23,103 nucleotides of DNA, from assembly GCA_038279365.1 (NCBI GenBank), contig JAYODI010000050.1, positions 7,829 to 30,931 on the forward strand. The letters are read 5' to 3'. Shown in pieces: positions 1 to 9,357 of the stretch. A program made the position numbers and the translations under genes. How positions within the stretch are numbered: position 1 is the first letter of the stretch; each line of letters starts with the position of its first letter. The notes below the pieces were generated by a model. The model worked only from the letters and a program-made list of their open reading frames with translations. It was not told where the DNA came from and did not search any database. Source of the stretch: Candidatus Latescibacterota bacterium. GTDB lineage: Bacteria; Latescibacterota; UBA2968.

Positions 1-699
1 CCCGACGCCGAATCATTAGACTGGGCCTATCGGGTTGCCGCAGGCTTAAACAAACTCACCAACGATTTTGATTTGCAAGGTTTAACCTATTACTATCGCG
101 GGCTGAACGACAATGCAAACGAACGCCTTGGTGCAGGCCTTATTCTTGGGTGTTCACTCCTCACCGCCCAACACATTCCCTGCAGTGGCGAAGGCGACCT
201 CAAAAACTGTATGGCCATGAAAGTGATGGACAGCTTAGGTGCCGGTGGCAGTTACACCGAACTTTATGCCATGGACTTTGAAGACCAACTCATTCTCATG
301 GGCCACGACGGCCCTTTTCACATTGCCATTGCCGAGGGCAAACCCATTCTGCGCGGCTTGGGGCTCTATCACGGCAAACGCGGTTCGGGCATCTCGGTAG
401 AAGCCCACGTGAAGGAAGGCCCCATCACCATTCTTGGCCTCACCCAAACACGCGATGGTGCCCTCAAATGGCTCACCGCAGAAGGTTGGTCACTCCCCGG
501 TGACATCATGCGCATTGGCAACACCAACTCACGCATTCGATTTACACAAGACCCCAATGACCCCTTTGACATTGCCACTTGGATGAACAACTGGGCCGAA
601 CAAGGCCCCACACACCACGTGGCATTAGGAGTAGGACACCACGCAAACACACTGGCCAAACTCGCCAAATTGCAAAACATCACCTGCGTCACCATGTAA
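1..699 (+). CDS. L-arabinose/L-fucose isomerase family protein, C-terminal part (5'-truncated by window edge)
   Basis: The frame is open from base 1 (PDAESLDWAYRVAAGLNKLTNDFDLQGLTYYYRG...), so the TTG at 73 is not the real start. Motifs CSGEGDLK, YTELYAMDF, MGHDGPFH, IGNTNSR and GPTHHVALGVGH match the metal-binding Glu/Glu/His/His pattern of AraA-like isomerases. Confidence 0.8.
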   Translation, partial: PDAESLDWAYRVAAGLNKLTNDFDLQGLTYYYRGLNDNANERLGAGLILGCSLLTAQHIPCSGEGDLKNCMAMKVMDSLGAGGSYTELYAMDFEDQLILMGHDGPFHIAIAEGKPILRGLGLYHGKRGSGISVEAHVKEGPITILGLTQTRDGALKWLTAEGWSLPGDIMRIGNTNSRIRFTQDPNDPFDIATWMNNWAEQGPTHHVALGVGHHANTLAKLAKLQNITCVTM

Positions 700-732
700 C
701 CTCATTCGCCAATTTATAAGGCACCTACATTT

Positions 733-1935
733 ATGACCACAGATGCACCCACACAAGAAAACCACCAAACAGCCATTCAAGAAGCCATTGCCCAAGACAG
801 CTTTTTGAGACTCACATTTAGCGGAAAAACACGCGCCCAAAGTTCACCGTGGCTCAAAGTGGTGGTGCGCCCCATTGAAATCAAACAACAAAAGCAAATC
901 CAGTTCACCTACTTTGATGACAGGCAAGACACCACCAAAAATCATTCAACACAAGAAAGCATTGAAAAATTAGACGAACTGTTCGCGCTCGCATTTGGCA
1001 ACATTCACCTTCAAACAAGCACACACGATCTTCATGTTCGCATCACCAAAAAACAAAAAGTGCTCGTCAAAAAATCCGCCCCATCGCGCCAAGAAGACAC
1101 GCCCGATTTACAACACAATCGCGTCAAAAACCACCCCATTTCAGCCAACACGCCCGACAGCTTTTTACAAGGCATTGGCATTATGGACAAGGCCGGAAAT
1201 GTCAAACCCACTCGCCAAGACAAATTTCGCCAAATCAATGAATTTCTCAAACAACTCCAGCAAATCCTCAATCTCTCAGCATACACAAACAAACCGCTTC
1301 ACATCATAGACTGTGGCTGTGGAAACGCCTATCTCACCTTTGCAGCCTATCACTATCTCACGCACATCCACAACATCAATACCCACCTCACAGGCATAGA
1401 CAACAACCCCAAAGTCATTCAAAATTGCATTCAACTACGCAACAATTTGGGTTGGCATGGTTTGGAATTTGTCACCACACCCATTGCCCAATACGTTCCA
1501 GATACACCACCCGATTTGGTCCTAAGTTTACACGCCTGCGACACCGCCACCGATGATGCCATTGCCCAAGGTGTGCGCTGGAACAGCAGCACTATCTTGG
1601 CCGCACCCTGTTGCCAACACGAGTTGCGATCACAAATAGCCTCACAAGATTTTTCACCCGTGTTACAACACGGCATACTCAAACAAAGAACCGCCGAAAT
1701 ACTCACCGATGCGTGTCGTGCCCAAATCTTACGCATATTGGGTTACCGCGCCGACGTGGTCGAATTTATCGACTCCAAACACACACCCAAAAACCTGCTC
1801 ATTCGCGCCCAAAGAACATCACCACAAAACACAAAAAAAAGCGTTGAAGAATACCTCATCTTACGCAACCAATGGCACATCAAGCCCAGCCTCGAAACAT
1901 TCTTACAAAAAGAACTCTCTCCTTACCTCACCTAA
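733..1935 (+). CDS. SAM-dependent methyltransferase (Methyltransf_32-like)
   Basis: 400-aa ORF with DKFRQINEFL, SAM-binding IIDCGCGNAYLTF, LSLHACDTATD, APCCQHEL and HTPKNLLIRA motifs. Confidence 0.85.
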   Translation: MTTDAPTQENHQTAIQEAIAQDSFLRLTFSGKTRAQSSPWLKVVVRPIEIKQQKQIQFTYFDDRQDTTKNHSTQESIEKLDELFALAFGNIHLQTSTHDLHVRITKKQKVLVKKSAPSRQEDTPDLQHNRVKNHPISANTPDSFLQGIGIMDKAGNVKPTRQDKFRQINEFLKQLQQILNLSAYTNKPLHIIDCGCGNAYLTFAAYHYLTHIHNINTHLTGIDNNPKVIQNCIQLRNNLGWHGLEFVTTPIAQYVPDTPPDLVLSLHACDTATDDAIAQGVRWNSSTILAAPCCQHELRSQIASQDFSPVLQHGILKQRTAEILTDACRAQILRILGYRADVVEFIDSKHTPKNLLIRAQRTSPQNTKKSVEEYLILRNQWHIKPSLETFLQKELSPYLT

Positions 1936-1947
1936 TATGGAGTGCCC

Positions 1948-2271
1948 ATGAAACGCATTGGTTTTTTACTCAAAGTCAAAACAGATAAAATTGCCGAATA
2001 CAAAAAAATTCACGCCAACGTTTGGCCCGAAATGTTAGATGCCCTCAAAAGATGTGGTTGGCACAACTATTCGCTCTTTATGCAAGCCAACGGCACACTC
2101 TTTGGTTATTTTGAAACCCCAACCGACCTGCAAACCGCCATTGAAGCCATGGGCAAAGAAGCCATCAACACCAAGTGGCAAGAAATGATGGCTCCTTTTT
2201 TTGAATCGCCCAACGGTGCCAGAGCCGATGAAATTCTCATTCGTTTAGAAGAAGTATTTCACGCTGAGTAA
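1948..2271 (+). CDS. rhaM: L-rhamnose mutarotase
   Basis: EYKKIHANVWPEM, HNYSLF, LFGYFE, KWQEMMAP and LEEVFH are typical RhaM/YiiL motifs. ATG at 1948 follows a GGAG RBS at 1939-1942. Confidence 0.88.
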   Translation: MKRIGFLLKVKTDKIAEYKKIHANVWPEMLDALKRCGWHNYSLFMQANGTLFGYFETPTDLQTAIEAMGKEAINTKWQEMMAPFFESPNGARADEILIRLEEVFHAE

Positions 2272-2296
2272 AAATGAATACCGTAAACACTTACCC

Positions 2297-2329
2297 AAAA
2301 CCCCGAAGAATCAACACTTCGGGGTTTTT
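2297..2329 (+). terminator. Rho-independent terminator after rhaM
   Basis: AAAACCCCGAAG-(8-nt loop)-CTTCGGGGTTTTT. Confidence 0.8.
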
Positions 2330-2330
2330 C

Positions 2331-2359
2331 TTGACCCCAGCGTAGAGAACCTATATTTT
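2331..2359 (+). promoter_or_regulatory. Putative sigma70 promoter of tex
   Basis: TTGACC (2331-2336), 17-bp spacer, TATTTT (2354-2359), directly after the terminator. Confidence 0.5.
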
Positions 2360-2425
2360 ATTGCCCCCCAAACACCCCATCTTTCCCCTTGCCTAACTTA
2401 TCCAATCTATTATCCAGAGGAATAC

Positions 2426-4726
2426 ATGAACCCCATTCACCTCCAAGTGATTGCCGAAGAACTCAACATCCGCATCAACCAAGTAGAAGCTGTTGCCAAC
2501 TTGCTCGCCGAAGGCGGCACCGTGCCCTTTATTGCCCGCTATCGCAAAGAAGCCACCGACAGCTTAGACGAAGTGGCCATCACCAGCATTCGCGATCGCT
2601 TAGACCAATTGGCCGAGCTCGACAAACGCCGTGAAGCCATTCTCAAATCACTCGAAGAACACGGCCACCTCAATGACGACCTTCAAAAAAAGGTCAACGC
2701 GGCCAAAACCCTCACCGAGCTCGAAGACATTTATTTGCCCTATCGCCCCAAGCGACGCACACGTGCCACCATCGCCCGCGAAAAAGGTTTGGAACCGCTT
2801 GCGCAACAACTCTTTGACCAAGAAGACATCATTCCCGAAACCGAAGCCCAAAACTATATTGACGCAGAAAAAGAAGTCAATACCATCGAAGAAGCCTTGG
2901 CGGGTGCGCGTGACATCATGGCCGAATGGGTCAGCGAAAACCAACAAGCCCGTGTAGAAATGCGTACCCTTTATGAAACACGCGGCACCTTTCGCTCCAA
3001 ACTCATTCCTGGCAAAGAAGAAGAAGGCGCCAAATATCGTGATTACTTTGAGTGGGAAGAATCCGTTGCCCAAGCGCCCTCCCATCGCATCTTGGCCATG
3101 CGACGCGGTGAAAAAGAAGGCATTCTGACCCTTCGTATTTTACCCCCTGAAGAAGACGCCATTGCCAGCTTGGAATCGCTCTTTGTCAAAACCCAAAATG
3201 AAGCCGCCAAACAAGTTAGAGCGGCCATAGAAGACAGCTACAAACGCCTCTTATCTACATCTATAGAAACAGAAATTCGTCTCAGCACCAAAAAACGTGC
3301 CGATGAAGATGCCATCACCATTTTTGCCGAAAACCTGCGCCAACTCCTAATGGCCGCACCCTTGGGGCAAAAAAATGTAATGGCCATTGACCCCGGTTTT
3401 CGCACAGGGTGCAAACTCGTCTGCCTCGACCGCCAAGGCAAGCTCGGTTTTACCGACACCATCTACCCCGGCCAAGGTGCAGGCCGCGATGCCGAGGCAC
3501 GTGAAAAGCTCGTCCAATACACAAAAAAATACGACATCGAAGCCATCGCCATTGGCAACGGCACCGGTGGGCGTGAGCTCGAAAGCATGGTGCGCGACTT
3601 ATCCCTTGGCATTCCCATTGTGATGGTCAACGAAAGTGGTGCATCGGTTTACTCCGCCTCTGAACTTGCCCGTGAAGAATTTGCCGATTATGACCTCACC
3701 GTACGCGGTTCAGTCTCCATTGGGCGTCGCCTCATGGACCCCTTAGCCGAACTCGTCAAAATTGATCCCAAATCCATTGGTGTCGGACAATATCAACACG
3801 ATGTGGATCAACACGCCCTCAAAAACAGCTTGGACGATGTGGTGATGAGCTGTGTAAATGCTGTGGGCGTCGAAGTCAACACGGCAAGCAAACAACTCCT
3901 CACCTACGTCTCTGGTTTGGGCCCACAACTTGCAGGAAACATTGTTGCCTACCGCGATGAAAACGGCCCCTTCAAATCACGCGCCGCACTCAAAAAAGTG
4001 CCCCGATTAGGCCCCAAAGCTTTTGAACAAGCCGCCGGTTTTTTACGCATTCAAGACGCCAAAAACCCTTTGGATGCCAGTGCGGTTCATCCCGAAAGTT
4101 ATGACATCGTCGATGCCATTTCCAAAGACCTACAAACCACCATTGAAAACCTCATGCAACAAAGTGATCTGCGCCAACAAATTGATCTCAATCGCTATGT
4201 TACAGAAACCGTTGGCCTACCCACTCTCACAGATATTTTAGAAGAATTGGGCAAACCAGGGCGGGATCCGCGCGAACAATTTGAAGCCTTCAGTTTTACA
4301 GAAGGGGTCAACACGCCCAACGACCTCAAACCCGGTATGAAGTTACCCGGCTTGGTCACCAACATCACAGCCTTTGGCGCCTTTGTAGATATCGGCGTGC
4401 ACCAAGACGGCCTCATACACATCAGCCAATTGGCCGATCGGTATGTCAAAAACCCTGCCGACGTTGTGCACGTACAACAAAAAGTAAATGTGACCGTGCT
4501 CGAAGTCGATCTTGCACGCAACCGAATTTCGCTCTCCATGCGCCAAAACCCAGAAGCCAGTGCAGAAGCCACACCCGGTGTGCGTGAACCCAAAACCAAA
4601 CCCAGCAACACACGCCCACCTCAAAAAACACATTCACAACAAAAAGCGCGCCCACAACAAAAACGCGAAGCACCCGTAAACAACAGCGCGTTTGCTGATG
4701 CACTTAAAAAGGCGGGTTTGAAATAA
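2426..4726 (+). CDS. tex: Tex/YhgF transcription accessory RNA-binding protein
   Basis: GGTVPFIARYRKEAT, EDIYLPYRPKRRTRA, YqgF-like AIDPGFRTGCK, NESGASVYSAS, HhH GLGP repeats, C-terminal S1 domain (FGAFVDIGVHQDGLIHIS). AGAGG RBS upstream. Confidence 0.96.
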   Translation: MNPIHLQVIAEELNIRINQVEAVANLLAEGGTVPFIARYRKEATDSLDEVAITSIRDRLDQLAELDKRREAILKSLEEHGHLNDDLQKKVNAAKTLTELEDIYLPYRPKRRTRATIAREKGLEPLAQQLFDQEDIIPETEAQNYIDAEKEVNTIEEALAGARDIMAEWVSENQQARVEMRTLYETRGTFRSKLIPGKEEEGAKYRDYFEWEESVAQAPSHRILAMRRGEKEGILTLRILPPEEDAIASLESLFVKTQNEAAKQVRAAIEDSYKRLLSTSIETEIRLSTKKRADEDAITIFAENLRQLLMAAPLGQKNVMAIDPGFRTGCKLVCLDRQGKLGFTDTIYPGQGAGRDAEAREKLVQYTKKYDIEAIAIGNGTGGRELESMVRDLSLGIPIVMVNESGASVYSASELAREEFADYDLTVRGSVSIGRRLMDPLAELVKIDPKSIGVGQYQHDVDQHALKNSLDDVVMSCVNAVGVEVNTASKQLLTYVSGLGPQLAGNIVAYRDENGPFKSRAALKKVPRLGPKAFEQAAGFLRIQDAKNPLDASAVHPESYDIVDAISKDLQTTIENLMQQSDLRQQIDLNRYVTETVGLPTLTDILEELGKPGRDPREQFEAFSFTEGVNTPNDLKPGMKLPGLVTNITAFGAFVDIGVHQDGLIHISQLADRYVKNPADVVHVQQKVNVTVLEVDLARNRISLSMRQNPEASAEATPGVREPKTKPSNTRPPQKTHSQQKARPQQKREAPVNNSAFADALKKAGLK

Positions 4727-4741
4727 CGCCATAACATTCAG

Positions 4742-5077
4742 ATGGACACGATGAAAAACCTATTCGATCTTCCCAATCCGCTACCCAACCAAGAACAATT
4801 TGACGACCTTATACCCGATCAAGGCGTCAAAATTGAGCGTATCATCTCCACAGGGCAAACCACGCCCAATGGTGAATGGTACGATCAAGACCGCGACGAA
4901 TGGGTGATCTTACTTCAAGGGCAGGCCACACTCGAATATGAGAGTGGCCCGCCCCAATCTCTCCAATCAGGTGACCACATCCTCATTCCAGCCCACAAAA
5001 AACACCGTGTTACCCACACCAGCACAGATCCACCTTGCATCTGGCTTGCCGTACATGGCTCTCTAACTTCTATATAA
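4742..5077 (+). CDS. Small cupin-domain protein
   Basis: KIERIISTGQTTP, WYDQDRDEWVILLQG, IPAHKKHRV and CIWLAVH give a cupin-2 pattern. Alternative start at 4751. Confidence 0.82.
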   Translation: MDTMKNLFDLPNPLPNQEQFDDLIPDQGVKIERIISTGQTTPNGEWYDQDRDEWVILLQGQATLEYESGPPQSLQSGDHILIPAHKKHRVTHTSTDPPCIWLAVHGSLTSI

Positions 5078-5084
5078 CACCATT

Positions 5085-5119
5085 AAAAGCGAGCAGGTCT
5101 TTTCCCTGCTCGCTTTTTT
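5085..5119 (+). terminator. Rho-independent terminator after tex-cupin
   Basis: AAAAGCGAGCAGG-TCTTTTC-CCTGCTCGCTTTTTT. Confidence 0.85.
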
Positions 5120-5214
5120 CAAGATTGGGGTATCATATACCGATAATAAGAAGAGTGGGCTATTGCCCAACAAGAACAAACCCTTAACAAACCATCCCCC
5201 AACAGCGACAAAAC

Positions 5215-6381
5215 ATGAAACACCTGAAAACCATCTTCGCATGCATCGTGCTCTGCTTAGGCATCACCACACCGATATTTGCCGGCCGATTTGCAGGTCT
5301 CCCCATGATCATAGACACCCGAATCGGCTCCGAACGCAGCCCCATTAATGAGGGCATCAGCGACCTGCCCGTTCTCCTTGCAAACGACACCTTTCAATTT
5401 GAAATGTTTGTCGATGGAGGACGCGGTGGCAGAACAAAAATTATTACGGTCACCTTTGATAACACAGCCAATAACTTTGGAGAATTCTTTTCTATTGTAA
5501 AAATAGAGGGTATTTTACCCCAAGCCGAGGCACCCGGTCCAACATCTGTAAAAGCATGTTCCGACTTTGCCGCCATCGTTCCTGCAAGTGGCTATTTTGC
5601 AACCATCACCTTACACGTCAAAAAAGATCTGATACCCGGTCAACAAATTCGGTTTCATACCTCGCGTACCACCATTGTAGACGATAACGCGGGTACAGCA
5701 GACATCTTAAGTGTTGGCAATACCATTATCACATTTGGTCGCCCAGATTACAATCTTTCCCTCGATCTCGACACCGCACCAGGCGATCAAGGTGTTGTTA
5801 AAGGATCGGGGCTAAGACCCAATACGGACATCGACATCCAAATCTTTGGAGATGGTATTCGCTTCATGACAGGTATTATTCTCCGCTTCGAATATGACAA
5901 AACACAACTCTTATTCCACACCTTTATCCCGGGTCCGGCACTGCCCAATGCACAAACATTGACACCCGTTCAAACCCTGCTCGACAGCACACATGTCGAA
6001 GTGGAAGTGACAACGGCGTCCTTTAGCGGCAGTGCCAATGTAGACGGTGGTCTACTCGGCACACTCACATTCAAACCCAATGCTGAGCTCACCGCAACAA
6101 ATGTGATTATGTCAGGTGCCGAGATACGGCGGGGGGGCACATTCAACCCTTATATTATTCCTCTCAGCATCGAACTTACAAGCCTCGACGCCGACTTTGA
6201 CAATGATGGGTTTGTTGGTTTTCGTGACTTTTTGTTGTTTGCAGAACATTTCGGCAGCCACATAGGCCAAGACCGCTACCACTCAGAATTCGATATCCTA
6301 CCCGATGGCCAAATTAATTTTGCAGACTTTGTGCTTTTCACCGAAAGCCTCACCGTCTTTACTGTTACGGTGATAAACTAA
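5215..6381 (+). CDS. Secreted protein with two cohesin-like beta-sandwich domains and a C-terminal dockerin-like (paired EF-hand) module
   Basis: Sec signal peptide (MKHLKTIFACIVLCLGITTPIFA). Two beta-rich repeats, the second with FEYDKTQL...GLLGTLTFK. Duplicated C-terminal Ca-binding loops DFDNDGFVGFRDF and DILPDGQINFADF. Confidence 0.65.
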   Translation: MKHLKTIFACIVLCLGITTPIFAGRFAGLPMIIDTRIGSERSPINEGISDLPVLLANDTFQFEMFVDGGRGGRTKIITVTFDNTANNFGEFFSIVKIEGILPQAEAPGPTSVKACSDFAAIVPASGYFATITLHVKKDLIPGQQIRFHTSRTTIVDDNAGTADILSVGNTIITFGRPDYNLSLDLDTAPGDQGVVKGSGLRPNTDIDIQIFGDGIRFMTGIILRFEYDKTQLLFHTFIPGPALPNAQTLTPVQTLLDSTHVEVEVTTASFSGSANVDGGLLGTLTFKPNAELTATNVIMSGAEIRRGGTFNPYIIPLSIELTSLDADFDNDGFVGFRDFLLFAEHFGSHIGQDRYHSEFDILPDGQINFADFVLFTESLTVFTVTVIN

Positions 6382-6412
6382 AAATAGCGCAGAGCCTGGT
6401 GGCCCTGCGCTA
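6380..6412 (-). terminator. Terminator for the lyase-sulfatase transcript
   Basis: Minus strand reads TAGCGCAGGGCC-ACCA-GGCTCTGCGCTA-TTTTT. The internal mismatch is a G-U pair only on the minus strand. Confidence 0.7.
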
Positions 6413-6436
6413 CAAAACCTTCACCATCCCAATCCT

Positions 6437-7867
6437 CTAACGCCACCCCGCCTGCCATTGTCCTGTCTTTAAATTGCTTTCGATCAACCAGTTCCGCATC
6501 GCCTCCAGCATCTCCTGCTTCACACCTTGACACGCCACATCATTCCACAGGTTTTTCTCCTCTTTGGGGTCTTTTTCCAAATCAAACAACTGCCCCAGCG
6601 GCTCATCAATAAAATGGACCAACTTCCATTTCTCAGATCGCACCATGGTCATAAATGCTGTCTCTTGCAAAATGCCATCACGTGCGTGTTCGGCAAATAC
6701 ATACTCTCGCAACGGCTGATCTTCACCATTCAATGTAGGTACCAAAGACATCGCCTCCATTGTCTCTGGTGGTTCCACGCCCGCCAACTCCAAAATGGTA
6801 GGCCCCAAGTCAAACAACTGACACAACCCATCCACACGCCGCCCACCTTCTATTTGCCCAGGTGACCAAACGATTGTGGGCACACGCGTAATGGTATCAT
6901 ACATTGTCCACTTTTGTGAATGACCGTGATCCGTCAAACAATCACCATGGTCAGACGTAAACATCACCACCGCATTGTCCAAATAACCATTGCGATCCAA
7001 CGCCTCCAAAATTTCACCCACCTTTTGATCTATCATCGACACATTGGCCAAATAATACGCCCGCTGACGATGACGTTGTTCATCTGTAGGGTTCATCTGA
7101 TGCACCACCGAATCATGATCCACATCACAATTGTGTTGGCGCATCGCCTTAAATGGAGGCGGTTGACCTTCTAAGTCTTCTTCGGTCACTTCATCAATAG
7201 GCAAATCTTTTTTCATATATCGCTTGGCATATTCGGGTGTCGGGTCATAAGGCGGGTGCGGCCCAGGAAAACCAATTTCCATAAACAAAGGTTGTGTGGT
7301 TGGATATGTGTCTATCCACCACTTGGCCATATTGCCCACAAATACATCTGGGTGCGCATCTTCGGGCAGCTCCCAATCAAAAGCCCCCAATGCCGTATCA
7401 TAATCATCGCGCTGGCGATACAACACGCGCTGCTGTTTAATCAACCCACGTGCAGCCAAAGCCTTGTCCCACTCATCAAAAAAATAACGCCCTTCCAAAT
7501 AACGGTCTTTGTTCTCCACCACATAACGCTCGTGAAACCCAGCAGGTGTTTCAAATGGGAATGTATGCATCTTGCCCACATTCACACAGTGATATCCCGA
7601 ATCGGCCAACTGCTCAACCCACGTTTTGGTCCACCTGTCGGCATTTTTATAAACACCCGTTGTGTGTGGATAATACCCCGTAAACAAACTGGCCCGTGCA
7701 GGCGCACACGAAGGTGCCGTAATAAAACACTTATCAAAAGAAACACCTTCACGCACCAACCGATCCAAATTGGGTGTTTCCATATGCGGAAACCCCAATT
7801 CGGCAATGGTATCGTAGCGTTGTTGATCTGTAATAATCAGAATAATATTGGGTTGTTCCGTTGCCAT
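6437..7867 (-). CDS. Formylglycine-dependent (S1) sulfatase, Cys-type, no signal peptide
   Basis: PNIILIITDQQR, signature CAPARASLFTG, VGKMH, GPHPPYD, FTSDHGD, LFDLEKDPKE. Confidence 0.93.
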   Translation of the reverse strand: MATEQPNIILIITDQQRYDTIAELGFPHMETPNLDRLVREGVSFDKCFITAPSCAPARASLFTGYYPHTTGVYKNADRWTKTWVEQLADSGYHCVNVGKMHTFPFETPAGFHERYVVENKDRYLEGRYFFDEWDKALAARGLIKQQRVLYRQRDDYDTALGAFDWELPEDAHPDVFVGNMAKWWIDTYPTTQPLFMEIGFPGPHPPYDPTPEYAKRYMKKDLPIDEVTEEDLEGQPPPFKAMRQHNCDVDHDSVVHQMNPTDEQRHRQRAYYLANVSMIDQKVGEILEALDRNGYLDNAVVMFTSDHGDCLTDHGHSQKWTMYDTITRVPTIVWSPGQIEGGRRVDGLCQLFDLGPTILELAGVEPPETMEAMSLVPTLNGEDQPLREYVFAEHARDGILQETAFMTMVRSEKWKLVHFIDEPLGQLFDLEKDPKEEKNLWNDVACQGVKQEMLEAMRNWLIESNLKTGQWQAGWR

Positions 7868-7891
7868 TTATAATCCTTTCGTCATCATTAC

Positions 7892-9019
7892 TTAAGTATT
7901 CTTTTCAATTTCCACGGCATAAATATGAGATGCGCCGTGCATATTTGATCTAAAAATGATCCACTTCATATCGGGTGAAAAATGAACATTCGGTTCAAGT
8001 TTGTAATCATGGTCTGCCAAACACACCAATCGCTCGGCCTGTAGGTGATCACCCTCTGGACGAAACAAATAAATCCACTGCCCATTATTGGGCTTGGCCA
8101 CACTGTTGGGGCCACCCCCATCACCAGCAAACAGTTTTTCATCGGGTGAAATGGTAAAATGAACAGACCATTCTACTGCAGATAATGAATATTGTGTTTC
8201 TTCTTGAGATTCAAGATCATAACTTGCCAAAAAGAAATTTTCACCCTTTGGCCTTTGCAAGTCAAACCAAATGCGTTTTCCATCGGGGCTCCAAAACTCA
8301 TGTCCCGCAATTTCCATATCCATCGTACGCGGGTGAATCTTGTGCGGTATCTGATCGTCAATATTCATCAACCACATCCGCTGTAGCCGATGCCAAGGCC
8401 CTTCGTGACAATAGCTTAACATCTTCGGGTCTGTCGGTGAAAATTGCAAATGGTTCAACCAATTGTTCTCCTGATAAAAATCAGTCACGTCACCAGTCTC
8501 AACATCAATCGAAAATAAATGATGCAACAAATGCGCTTCATATATAGCCGTAAACCAGTAGCTACGCGGTTTCTCCATAAAAGGTGCCTTACCCTCGCCA
8601 TATGAACCCGCAATCAAAGACTCGTCTGCATTAATGGTCGCCAAGCCTCCCGCAAACCCTTCAGGTAAAACCCCCACTTGTCGCAGTGTGCCATCATCCA
8701 CATTTACCGCATGAACAACATCACCTTGCCGATAAAATGCTTCACGGCGTTTGCGCCCCAATACCTCCGACAATTTGATATCGTCACTCGAAAATTCTGT
8801 AACCTGCTGCAATGCCAGCGTCTTCAAATTCACAGTAAACAGTTGCCAACCGTGTGCGGTTTGCCCACGAAACACCATCTTGTCACCTTCACCCGCATCA
8901 ATTACAAAGGGATAGTTGTGGAAATACCAGCTCAAATTATCTCCTTCACGCCGAGACAACCGAATCACCCGATGCCCCGTTTTTTCATCTACCCATTCTT
9001 CTGGAATCTGTGTTGCCAT
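7892..9019 (-). CDS. Oligogalacturonate lyase family (PL22-like) beta-propeller
   Basis: WVDEKTGHRVIRLS, WYFHNYPF, WLNHLQFSPTDP, YCHEGPWH, AGHEFWSPDG, WSVHF, WIIFRSNMHG. GAGAGG RBS upstream. Confidence 0.85.
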   Translation of the reverse strand: MATQIPEEWVDEKTGHRVIRLSRREGDNLSWYFHNYPFVIDAGEGDKMVFRGQTAHGWQLFTVNLKTLALQQVTEFSSDDIKLSEVLGRKRREAFYRQGDVVHAVNVDDGTLRQVGVLPEGFAGGLATINADESLIAGSYGEGKAPFMEKPRSYWFTAIYEAHLLHHLFSIDVETGDVTDFYQENNWLNHLQFSPTDPKMLSYCHEGPWHRLQRMWLMNIDDQIPHKIHPRTMDMEIAGHEFWSPDGKRIWFDLQRPKGENFFLASYDLESQEETQYSLSAVEWSVHFTISPDEKLFAGDGGGPNSVAKPNNGQWIYLFRPEGDHLQAERLVCLADHDYKLEPNVHFSPDMKWIIFRSNMHGASHIYAVEIEKNT

Positions 9020-9357
9020 ATGTTTCGCCTCTCTTTAAATTTTCTTCCAAGATAACCCTCAGTAACCCGAAATGGATTGTGATGATTACCAATCCGTTTT
9101 TTTCAGTGTACGCTCCCTATACCAACGTGTTCCCAAAATAAGCGCAGTATTTCAATTCCCCAAAGAAAAAACCACCTGTCCAACACACCGCACGAGTGTC
9201 ACATAGATAACGATCACTGATAGGGTTGCAGTATATGTCACACACTTTCTTTATTGCTCACAGTAATAGATCATTTTCATATGGACGTTAACCAAAAACA
9301 CCCTTATCTTGTTTGTCCACCAAATGATATTTTCACATATCCAGTTAAGGCACAATC

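Noticed and set aside
4546-4726. Low-complexity Pro/Gln/Lys tail of Tex as an extra domain
   Set aside because: A disordered linker ending in an N.AFADAL..A helix is usual for Tex proteins.
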